In this document: positions 26,676 to 34,647 of the stretch, piece after piece | Layout of the letters: each line of letters begins with the position of its first letter | Position numbering within the stretch: position 1 is the first letter of the stretch | Source: a virus | Lineage: Duplodnaviria; Caudoviricetes | DNA length: 40,095 nt | Direction: 5' to 3' (one strand) | Virus record (IMG/VR): IMGVR_UViG_3300016654_000300 | Location: 1-40,095 of that record | Position numbers and translations under genes: made by a program | The notes under the pieces: model-generated | Seen by the model: only the letters and a program-made list of their open reading frames with translations | What the model was told of the DNA's origin: nothing | Database searches by the model: none

Positions 26676-27275
26676 ATGACTCAAGCAATCGCTAAAAACC
26701 TGCCGGCCTGGCTGTCGCTCAGTGCAGTCGGTGCCGTCGTAACGCTGACCCGCCCAAGCCAAGCCAACAGCATCGACGTCGAGATGTTGAACCTGCGTAA
26801 CCCGACCGTGCGTGAAGTGCGCGCGGCTGATCGTGCTGCCAACGGCGATGATGAACAGCGCGAACTGATGCTGTTCGCCGGTCTGGCCGAAGTCGGACTG
26901 AAGGATCTGGAAGGCCTCAAGCTGACGGATTATCGCCGCGTGCAAACGGCGTATTCGCACCTGGTACCGAAAACCGATTATTCGGACTCAATGCCAGCGT
27001 GGTTGTCGCTGACCACCGATCAGGTGCTGGTAACGCTGTCGTGCCCGAGCGAAATCAACGGTGTGACCGTCGATAAGCTGGCCTTGCGTTCGCCGACCGT
27101 GGGCGACGTGCGGGCCGCCAATCGTGAAGTGGGTGGTGACGATGAGCAGCGCGAGCTGGTGTTGTTTGCTGCGTTGTCCGGTGCGCCGGTGGCGGATCTG
27201 GAGGGGCTGAAGCTGGTGGATTTTAACCGCTTGCAGGCCGGCTATTTTCGCATGGACAACGACAACGGGCTTTAA
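26676..27275 (+). CDS. Tail assembly chaperone with tandem duplicated domain
   Basis: Two copies of PAWLSL...LRxPTV..VRAA...DDEQREL.LFA.L...DLEGLKL.D. Confidence 0.88.
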   Translation: MTQAIAKNLPAWLSLSAVGAVVTLTRPSQANSIDVEMLNLRNPTVREVRAADRAANGDDEQRELMLFAGLAEVGLKDLEGLKLTDYRRVQTAYSHLVPKTDYSDSMPAWLSLTTDQVLVTLSCPSEINGVTVDKLALRSPTVGDVRAANREVGGDDEQRELVLFAALSGAPVADLEGLKLVDFNRLQAGYFRMDNDNGL

Positions 27276-27387
27276 CCCCAGCGTTATCAAGTCGGCGGCG
27301 AAACGTCTGGCGGCGGAAACCGGATTTTCCGCCGCCGAGATCCAGTCGATGCCGTTCGCGGATATGGTGTGGTGGCTCACGGATTGA
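27271..27387 (+). CDS. gpE'-like frameshift extension of tail chaperone
   Basis: +1 frame reads FNPSVIKSAAKRLAAETGFSAAEIQSMPFADMVWWLTD*; it fills the gap to the tape measure gene and has no SD-ATG of its own. Confidence 0.65.
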   Translation, partial: FNPSVIKSAAKRLAAETGFSAAEIQSMPFADMVWWLTD

Positions 27388-27425
27388 GCCGCTTAGGGTA
27401 GTGCTGGGTACATGGGGGCCATCAC

Positions 27426-30269
27426 ATGGCAAACAAAATCGCCCTCGGGCTGGTGATCGGCGGCGCCGTCAGTTCCACGGTCGGCGCCGCGTTCAAGGAT
27501 GTGACCGGGCGCATCAAGCGCCTCGAGGCAGAAGGCAACAAAGCGCGTGTGCTGCAGCGCACGATTGGCGACACCATCCGCCTGCGCGAAGAATGGAAGA
27601 AGGCTCACGACACCGGCGCGGCCGGTGCGTCCAAATTACTCAACCGTTTGAACTCAAACCTCGACAGCCTGAAAAAGCAGGGGATCGAGGTCGGCCGGCT
27701 GGAAAAAGCCTATCGCTCGATGGGGCAGACGGCCAACAAAGCCGAGCTGAAGGCCAAGGGGCATCAGCAGATTGATTCGGGTGTAAAGGGCATGAAAGGC
27801 GCCGTCGGTGCGGCGGTGGTCGGTGTCGGTGCCATGGCAGTGCCGACCAAGGTCAGCGCTGATTTTGGCGCAATTGTCCGTGACATCGCGATCAAGGCCG
27901 GCATTGCCAACAAGCCACAAGAACAGGAGATGTCGCGCAAGATCATCGACACCTCACGCGACACCGGCATGGCGCGTAACGATGTGGCCGACGTGGTCAA
28001 TCAGTTGGTCGGCGCCGGTATGGACCTGAGCAAGGCGCTGGAATATGCACCCGTCGCGGCCAAGTTTGTCGTGGGGCAGGGATCGAGCGGTGTCGACACG
28101 GCGAAGATGATCAACGCCCTGGGACAGAACGCCAAGATCACCGACCCCAAGCAGATGCAGCAGGCGCTGGAGGCGATCGCCTACCAAGGTCAAGCGGGCA
28201 GCTTTGAAGCGGCCGACATGGCCAAGTGGTTCCCGGAGTTGCTGGCCAACATGGCCAGCAACGGCATCACAGGCATGGACGCGGTGACGCAACTGGGCGC
28301 CATGCTGCAAGTGCAGATGAAGCAGGCCGGTAGTTCGGACGAAGCGGCCAATAACCTGAAAAACTGGATGGGCAAAATCGGCTCGACCGACACGGTCAAG
28401 GCCTACGAAAAAGCCGGCATTGATTACAAGGGATCGATGCAGACCGGTTTGCAAAACGGCATGTCGACGCTCGAAACCAGTATGGCGCTGGCTCAGAAAT
28501 ACATTCAGGCCACCGATCCGAAGCGTGCGGCGGCCATGGCCGAAGCCACGTCAAAAATCAGCAAGGAAGCGGACCCTGAAAAGGCCAAGGCCATGATGGC
28601 CTCGCTGGAAGAATCTCTGCGCACTGGCGACCTGTTCGCTGACATGCAGGTCAAGGCCGCGCTGTCGGCCTACATGCAGAACAAAGCACTGTACACCCAG
28701 CTAAAAAACGATTCGCGTGAAGCGACCGGGATCCTGGACAAAAACCTCGCCGAGCGGCGCGAGTCGTCATCGCAGAAGTGGGCCGAGATGGCCCAATCGA
28801 TGGATGACGCCATGCGCAGCATTGGTGATGCCCTGCGCCCGGTGACGGACGTCGTCGCGGAGTCATTGACCAAGGTCGTTAAAGGCATCACTTCGCTGTC
28901 TGACAGCTCGCCCGGCGTCGTGACTGGAATCGGTTTGGTCAGTGCCGCATTGGTTGGGCTATCCGGTCTGTATAGCTCTTTCAAGATGGGCAAAGGAATG
29001 CTCAACCTGGCGCGCGGCGCCTTGGGTAAAGGTAAGTCAGGTGAAGTGCAAAAGGTCTTTGTGACCAACGCCGAGAATGGCGACGGCGGCGGTAAAGATG
29101 CCGAACCCAAGGGCAAGGCCGGTAAAGCGCTATCGCTGGTTGAAACCGGCCTCAAGGCAGTGGCGGCGTTCAAGGGCACGCCGGCGGATGGCGATGATGG
29201 CGCCAGGGAAGGCGACGACAAGAAGCCAGGCAAATTCGATCTGGTTTCCACCGGCCTCAAAGTCGTGTCGCTGGCCAAGGAAGCCGCCTCGGGCGGCGAT
29301 GATGAAGGCGAGGCGGGCGGCGGTGACGACGCGGTTAAAAAGGTGTTTGTCGTCAACGCCAGTGCCATGGGTGGCGCCGGCGGCGCAGATGCCCCGGGCG
29401 AAACTCGCCGACGTGGACGCGGCTCGCGGCGCAATGCCTCGCGGCGTCGGCCGCTGCCTCGCCCTGGCTCGTCGCGTCCACCGGTGCCGCGTCCATCTGC
29501 TCCTGTACCACGTCCACCGGTTCCCGTGCCTCGTCCGCCCGTTCCCGTACCAAGGCCGCCGATTCCACCGGTGCCACCAGTTCCGGCCGGTGCGATGTCC
29601 AAACTAACTGGGGTGGTGCAGGCCGTCGGCAAGGTCGGCAAAGTCGCAAAGGGGGTTCCCGGCGGTTCGCTGCTGGAAGCCGGTGCGATGGCGTTCGACA
29701 CTTTCGAGAACGCTCAGACCAAGGACGAGAAAGCTGAGGGTTATGGTGCGGCTGCGGGCAATCTCGCCGGCACCATGGCCGGTGCAGCAGCTGGTGCTGC
29801 CATTGGTTCGGTGGTGCCAATCATCGGCACGGCCATCGGCGGCTTGATCGGTGCTTACCTCGGCAGTCAGGGCGGTGCGGCGCTGGGCGGATCGTTGGGT
29901 AAGTCGCTGTTCGGTGGAGAGGATGAAAAGCCCGAACAAACGGCAAAGGCGCCGGTGCCGACCACGCCGCTCATGCTGACGTCAGCGGCCCAACAAGGCC
30001 CGGTGTTGGGTGATGTCGCACGCTCGATGGCGGTGACGGCGCCGCTCAAGTCGGCGGCGCTGGCGATCCAACCCAAGGAGCCAGAAAAACCGGTGCCGGC
30101 CAAGGTGGACCAGCAGTTTCAGTACTCGCTGAACATGCCGGTCACGGTGCAGGGCGACGTCAAGGACCCGCAAGCTTTGGCGCAGGATCTGATGCCGCAC
30201 ATGCAGCGAATGATGGCGGATGCGGCGAAGAGTAACGCCGCCAAGCTGTACGACGAACCCCATGTTTAA
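27426..30269 (+). CDS. Tail tape measure protein
   Basis: 947 aa, Ala/Gly-rich helical; GSFEAADMAKWFP, EAANNLKN and GSVVPIIGTAIGG motifs. Confidence 0.93.
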   Translation: MANKIALGLVIGGAVSSTVGAAFKDVTGRIKRLEAEGNKARVLQRTIGDTIRLREEWKKAHDTGAAGASKLLNRLNSNLDSLKKQGIEVGRLEKAYRSMGQTANKAELKAKGHQQIDSGVKGMKGAVGAAVVGVGAMAVPTKVSADFGAIVRDIAIKAGIANKPQEQEMSRKIIDTSRDTGMARNDVADVVNQLVGAGMDLSKALEYAPVAAKFVVGQGSSGVDTAKMINALGQNAKITDPKQMQQALEAIAYQGQAGSFEAADMAKWFPELLANMASNGITGMDAVTQLGAMLQVQMKQAGSSDEAANNLKNWMGKIGSTDTVKAYEKAGIDYKGSMQTGLQNGMSTLETSMALAQKYIQATDPKRAAAMAEATSKISKEADPEKAKAMMASLEESLRTGDLFADMQVKAALSAYMQNKALYTQLKNDSREATGILDKNLAERRESSSQKWAEMAQSMDDAMRSIGDALRPVTDVVAESLTKVVKGITSLSDSSPGVVTGIGLVSAALVGLSGLYSSFKMGKGMLNLARGALGKGKSGEVQKVFVTNAENGDGGGKDAEPKGKAGKALSLVETGLKAVAAFKGTPADGDDGAREGDDKKPGKFDLVSTGLKVVSLAKEAASGGDDEGEAGGGDDAVKKVFVVNASAMGGAGGADAPGETRRRGRGSRRNASRRRPLPRPGSSRPPVPRPSAPVPRPPVPVPRPPVPVPRPPIPPVPPVPAGAMSKLTGVVQAVGKVGKVAKGVPGGSLLEAGAMAFDTFENAQTKDEKAEGYGAAAGNLAGTMAGAAAGAAIGSVVPIIGTAIGGLIGAYLGSQGGAALGGSLGKSLFGGEDEKPEQTAKAPVPTTPLMLTSAAQQGPVLGDVARSMAVTAPLKSAALAIQPKEPEKPVPAKVDQQFQYSLNMPVTVQGDVKDPQALAQDLMPHMQRMMADAAKSNAAKLYDEPHV

Positions 30270-30278
30270 GGAGGTTTC

Positions 30279-31124
30279 ATGGCTTACATGGAGCAAATGC
30301 AATCGAGCCTGAAGTATTTGGTCGAGGCAGCGGAAACCGGGCGGCGCAGTGCTGACGGAATGCTGACCCCGGTCAACGGCGCGATCCGTGAACTAACAGG
30401 CGCCGCGTCCGAGCTGGAAACCATCCCGTTTGTCGGCCCGGCCATCGGCGCCAAACTTCAGCGGGTGATGCGTGGCGTCGATGCGGCTCAGGCCAAGGTC
30501 GGTCAGGTGGTGGCGGTGTACGGCCGCGCCACCCGGGCGGCGGCTGAAGTGCAGGATCGGCTGGGCACGTTGAAGGAGCAGGCGGGCAAGACGGCCACGG
30601 CAATCAACAACGTCGCCGGCAAGGTCAGTCCGTCGCTGGCCAACATCGTGCCCACCAGTTTCTTTGCTGGTGAGGCTACGCCGGCGCCGGAGGCGGTAAA
30701 GCCATTCCCACACCTAATGATCATTCAGCCGCGAGATCCGAAAATTGAGCCGTATTACTTCAACCTGGACACGGCGGCGTTTGATGAGCTGAGCCGGTCG
30801 ACCGAATTCCGCTGGGCTTCGCAGGAGCGGCTGACGCGCCGGCCGGCGAAGCAAGCCATCGGCATGGGTGATGAAAAGCTGACGCTCAAAGGCACGATCT
30901 ACCCGGGCTTCAAGGGTGGGTTGAAGCAACTGGACACACTGCGTTCCATTGGTGCCAGGCTACAGCCGCTAACCCTGACCACGGGTTATGGCGAGGTGAT
31001 CGGAACGTGGTGCCTGAAAAACATCAACGAGGAACAGTCCGCGCTGCTGCACGGCGGGATTGCTCGAAAACAGGGGTTCACTTTGGAGTTTGAGCGTTAT
31101 GGCGACGACATGCAGGACGTTTGA
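30279..31124 (+). CDS. P2 gpU-like tail protein with N-terminal helical extension
   Basis: C-terminal FRWASQERL, LTLKGTIYP, G.GEVIGTW and FTLEFERY motifs. Confidence 0.85.
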   Translation: MAYMEQMQSSLKYLVEAAETGRRSADGMLTPVNGAIRELTGAASELETIPFVGPAIGAKLQRVMRGVDAAQAKVGQVVAVYGRATRAAAEVQDRLGTLKEQAGKTATAINNVAGKVSPSLANIVPTSFFAGEATPAPEAVKPFPHLMIIQPRDPKIEPYYFNLDTAAFDELSRSTEFRWASQERLTRRPAKQAIGMGDEKLTLKGTIYPGFKGGLKQLDTLRSIGARLQPLTLTTGYGEVIGTWCLKNINEEQSALLHGGIARKQGFTLEFERYGDDMQDV

Positions 31125-31305
31125 TGGCGACATGCTCGATGTCATTTGCAACAACGTTTACGGCCATCTGAATGGCAGCGTCGAGGCCGTGCTCGATGCC
31201 AATCAGGGGCTAGCCGATGAGCCTCAACCGTTCCGATTGGGCGTGATCATCGTCCTGCCGGATCTGCCGAGTCCGACCAGTGAGGGCGTCAGCTTGTGGG
31301 ATTGA
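31099..31305 (+). CDS. Tail protein X (LysM-like)
   Basis: GDMLDVIC..VYG...VEAVLDANQGL...LPDL...LWD. Confidence 0.9.
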   Translation: MATTCRTFDGDMLDVICNNVYGHLNGSVEAVLDANQGLADEPQPFRLGVIIVLPDLPSPTSEGVSLWD

Positions 31306-31366
31306 TCCCGGGCGATGTCGTCACTCACGCGCCGCCGCGTTATGCGTTACGACACGTTGTTTTCTG

Positions 31367-31388
31367 ACCCGCCCTGTGCGGGTTTTTT
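31367..31388 (+). terminator. Terminator-like hairpin
   Basis: ACCCGC-CCTGT-GCGGGT-TTTTT. Confidence 0.6.
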
Positions 31389-31402
31389 ATTGGGAAAAAT
31401 CC

Positions 31403-32452
31403 ATGACACCGATGTTTCGAATCGTCGCCGATGGCGCCGATGTCACGGCCAAGATCAATGATCGGCTGTTGCAACTGCGTACCTCTGACAAGCCGGGCAT
31501 GGAGTCCGACGAGTTTGAACTGCGCATCGATGACCGTGACGGGCAAGTGCAATTGCCACGACGCGGCAGCTCAATCGAGATTTACCTGGGCTATGCCGAA
31601 ACGAGCCTGATGCGCATGGGCCGCTACACCGTGGACACGGTCGAGGTGTCAGGCCCACCGGATACCATCGTGATCAAGGGCAAGGCCAGCGACATGCGTG
31701 GCAGTGGCAAGACCATCCGAAGCGGAAGCTGGGAAGACGTGCCGCTGTCGAAGATTGTGGCCGACATCGCCGCGCGCAATGGCTGGCAGCCAGTGTGCCC
31801 GGTGTCGACTAAGGTCGCCCGGGTCGACCAGCTTAACGAGTCCGATTTTAATTTCATCACCCGTCTGGCCAAGCAGTACGACTGCACAGCCAAGGTCGCC
31901 GACAGCAAGCTGTTGGTGATGCCGCGTCAGGGTGGCCAGACAGCCAGCGGTAAGACGTTCGGCGCCATTACCCTGACTCGACGCGACCTCAGCCGTTGGC
32001 AATTCAGTCTCGGTGATCGCAACTCACACAAGGCGGTCGCGACCAAGCATCAGGACAAGAAGAACGGCAAGCTCGCGGTGGTCACCATCGACAATGATGA
32101 CGCTCCGGATGGCCTGCCGGCAGTGCATACCGACCGCCATATCTACCCAAACAAGACCGCTGCTGAAGCGGCGGCCAAGGCCCGTCTGTCAGCGTTCAAC
32201 CGCTCGACCGCCGATGTTCGGCTTGAGATGCCCGGCCGAACGGACATCTTCGCCGAGCGTCCCATCATCGCTCAGGGGTTCAAGGTCGGGCTTGATGGCG
32301 AATACTTGGCGGATTCGGTCGAGCAGGTGTTCACCCAGTCTGGCTGGTCCACCACGGTCGAATGCAATGCCGGCAAAGCCGGTAAATCCAAGGGCAAGAA
32401 AAAGAAAGGGCCGAAACCACCACTCAAGGTGGTGAACATCGAGAAGCAGTAG
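31403..32452 (+). CDS. Late control D / baseplate hub protein
   Basis: ESDEFELRIDDRDG, SGPPD and DQLNESDFNFITRLA motifs. Confidence 0.92.
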   Translation: MTPMFRIVADGADVTAKINDRLLQLRTSDKPGMESDEFELRIDDRDGQVQLPRRGSSIEIYLGYAETSLMRMGRYTVDTVEVSGPPDTIVIKGKASDMRGSGKTIRSGSWEDVPLSKIVADIAARNGWQPVCPVSTKVARVDQLNESDFNFITRLAKQYDCTAKVADSKLLVMPRQGGQTASGKTFGAITLTRRDLSRWQFSLGDRNSHKAVATKHQDKKNGKLAVVTIDNDDAPDGLPAVHTDRHIYPNKTAAEAAAKARLSAFNRSTADVRLEMPGRTDIFAERPIIAQGFKVGLDGEYLADSVEQVFTQSGWSTTVECNAGKAGKSKGKKKKGPKPPLKVVNIEKQ

Positions 32453-32464
32453 CCGCATCCCATC

Positions 32465-32486
32465 GCCGCCTGAGTGCGGTTTTTTT
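32465..32486 (+). terminator. Terminator-like hairpin before endolysin
   Basis: GCCGC-CTGAGT-GCGGT followed by T run. Confidence 0.55.
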
Positions 32487-32501
32487 ACGTCTGGAGTTTG
32501 T

Positions 32502-33065
32502 ATGTCCATCACTGAACAACAGCTGCAAAGCATCATGCCCAACGCCCGCCGCCAAGCGGGCGTTTTTGTATCCGCCCTCAACGCAGCCATGGCCCACCGG
32601 CAGATCAACACGCCGAAACGCCAAGCTGCGTTTCTGGCGCAAGTCGGTCACGAGTCGGGACAGTTGCAGTACGTGCGGGAACTGGGCGGCGAGCAGTACC
32701 TGAGCAAATACGACACCGGCAACCTGGCTGCGAAACTGGGCAACACCCCGGCAGCGGATGGTGATGGCCAGCGCTATCGCGGTCGCGGTCTGATCCAGGT
32801 CACCGGTCACGACAATTATCTACGCTGCAGCTTGGCGCTGTTCGGCGACGAGCGATTGCTGCGCACCCCTGAGCTACTGGAGCTGCCGCAGTGGGCCGCT
32901 GAATCGGCCGCGTGGTTCTGGTCCGTGAATGGGCTGAACGCACTGGCAGATCAAAACGAGTTCAACACGATCACCCGCAGGATCAACGGTGGCCTCAACG
33001 GCCTACAGGATCGGCTGGAGTTGTGGGGGCGGGCGAGGGCGGTGCTATGCGTCTCGGCGAACTGA
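32502..33065 (+). CDS. Endolysin, glycoside hydrolase family 19
   Basis: AAFLAQVGHES, YRGRGLIQVTG..NY and ITRRINGGLNG motifs. Confidence 0.95.
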   Translation: MSITEQQLQSIMPNARRQAGVFVSALNAAMAHRQINTPKRQAAFLAQVGHESGQLQYVRELGGEQYLSKYDTGNLAAKLGNTPAADGDGQRYRGRGLIQVTGHDNYLRCSLALFGDERLLRTPELLELPQWAAESAAWFWSVNGLNALADQNEFNTITRRINGGLNGLQDRLELWGRARAVLCVSAN

Positions 33066-33589
33066 TACCGACGCCGTATCGACTGGGGGCCAAAGGTGTG
33101 CTGCTGGCCGTTTTAGCCGGTGCTTCCGCCGCCATCGCCTGGCAATTACAGGATTGGCGCTACGGCAAACATCTCGCAGAGCAGGCCCGACTCCACACCG
33201 AAACGCTCAATCAGATAACCCTTGCTTCGGCCGCTCAGCAGCGTGCCGAAAAGTATAAACGCCTCGCGCTCGAGCAGCGGCTGGCAACCAGTGAACAAAC
33301 CCATTACCGAGCCTTGAGTGATGCCCAACGTGATCAAGGTCGCCTGCGCGACCGTCTTGCCACTGCTGATCTGCGCCTGTCAGTCCTACTCGACGCCACC
33401 GCCGGCGCCGGCAACGGATCGCTGTCAGCCACCACCGCCACCGGCGGCGTGGTTCATGGCCCCACAAGAGCCGAACTTGACCCAGCGCATGCTCAACGAA
33501 TTATCGGCGTCACCGATGACGGCGACCGGGGGCTGATTGCCCTCGCGGCCTGTCAGGCATACGCCAAAGAAGTTTCAACACCGAAGTAA
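33047..33589 (+). CDS. Rz: i-spanin (Rz-like lysis protein)
   Basis: N-terminal TM then AWQLQDWRYG, coiled coil, LRLSV, ALAACQAY. Confidence 0.88.
   Translation: MRLGELIPTPYRLGAKGVLLAVLAGASAAIAWQLQDWRYGKHLAEQARLHTETLNQITLASAAQQRAEKYKRLALEQRLATSEQTHYRALSDAQRDQGRLRDRLATADLRLSVLLDATAGAGNGSLSATTATGGVVHGPTRAELDPAHAQRIIGVTDDGDRGLIALAACQAYAKEVSTPK
33318..33536 (+). CDS. Rz1: o-spanin lipoprotein embedded in Rz
   Basis: Signal peptide with lipobox LICAC, Pro-rich periplasmic part (CQPPPPPAAWFM), fully nested in the +1 frame of Rz. Confidence 0.85.
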   Translation: MMPNVIKVACATVLPLLICACQSYSTPPPAPATDRCQPPPPPAAWFMAPQEPNLTQRMLNELSASPMTATGG

Positions 33590-33689
33590 AAAGAGCGGCC
33601 GGTCCAGATGCGTCAACATCCGGATCAGCCGCCGTCCCTGCAGATGGTCCCTGCAAGTCCAGCCAAGGCTCTTGCTCCGTGCACAAAGC
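33588..33689 (-). ncRNA. Candidate ~100-nt antisense sRNA in methyltransferase leader
   Basis: Minus-strand extended -10 TGcTAGGCT (33704-33696); long hairpin 33595-33632 followed by TCTTTTT on the minus strand. Confidence 0.4.
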
Positions 33690-33705
33690 GCGGCGAGCCT
33701 AGCAC

Positions 33706-33721
33706 CTGTTTATCCATACAG
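33706..33721. promoter_or_regulatory. LexA (SOS) box
   Basis: CTGTTTATCCATACAG = CTG-N10-CAG, 17 bp upstream of the MTase ATG. Confidence 0.75.
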
Positions 33722-33738
33722 TAAAGGTCTTGCTTTTT

Positions 33739-34533
33739 ATGTCTACTCCTATCATCCCTTGGATGGGCGGCAAACGCCGCCTGGCCGATCGCCTCATTCC
33801 GCTTTTTCCGCCACACGAATGCTACGTCGAAGTATTTGCCGGCGGCGCCGCGCTCTACTTCATGAAGCCCCAGCCATCACCGGTCGAAGTCCTGAACGAC
33901 ATCAACGGCGACCTGGCCACGCTTTACCGCGTCGTGCAGAACCACCTCGAAGAATTTGTGCGCCAATTCAAATGGGCGCTCAGCTCGCGGCAGGTGTTCG
34001 AATGGCAGAAAATGACCCGCCCCGAAACCCTCACCGACATCCAGCGCGCCGCCCGATTCTTCTACCTGCAGCACCACGCCTTCGCCGGCAAGGTCTCGGG
34101 TCAGACTTTCGGGACGGCGACGACTGCCCCGGCCATCAACCTGCTGCGGATCGAGGAAAACCTCTCGGCCGCGTGGCAGCGCCTGTCCGGCACCTACGTC
34201 GAAAACCTCCCCTGGCTTGAATGCGCTGAACGCTACGACCGTGCCCACACCTTCCACTATATGGATCCGCCTTACTGGCAGACCGCGGGCTATGGCGTGG
34301 ACTTCCCGTTCGAAAACTATGAGCGGATGGCCGACTTCATGCGCCGCTGCAAAGGCAAAGTGATGGTCAGCATCAACGACCACCCAGACATCCGCCGCGT
34401 ATTCGAAGGCTTCCATTTCGAGACTCTGGAGATTTGTTACACCACTGCCAACCAGCGCCAAGGCAAAGCCGAGGTGAGCGGCGAGCTGGTGATAATGAAC
34501 TGGCAGCCGGCGAGCTTAGGTCAACTTTTTTAG
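33739..34533 (+). CDS. Orphan DNA adenine methyltransferase (D12/Dam class)
   Basis: WMGGK, EVFAGGAA (motif I), NDIN and DPPY (motif IV). Confidence 0.93.
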   Translation: MSTPIIPWMGGKRRLADRLIPLFPPHECYVEVFAGGAALYFMKPQPSPVEVLNDINGDLATLYRVVQNHLEEFVRQFKWALSSRQVFEWQKMTRPETLTDIQRAARFFYLQHHAFAGKVSGQTFGTATTAPAINLLRIEENLSAAWQRLSGTYVENLPWLECAERYDRAHTFHYMDPPYWQTAGYGVDFPFENYERMADFMRRCKGKVMVSINDHPDIRRVFEGFHFETLEICYTTANQRQGKAEVSGELVIMNWQPASLGQLF

Positions 34534-34647
34534 TCGAGTGGTTGGTTAGGATGTGATTATGCTCAGCAGTGTCGGTGAATTCGCGAGCGCTTGTATAACA
34601 TTACTAACCTCATTATTGTAATGAATGACCATGACTAATGAGACAGA

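Noticed and set aside
28670-29701. 343-aa minus-strand ORF
   Set aside because: Antisense shadow of the GC-rich, low-complexity tape measure gene; no SD or recognisable motifs.
19769-33589. Stand-alone R-type tailocin
   Set aside because: Complete head, terminase, replication and integrase genes are linked, so this is a prophage.
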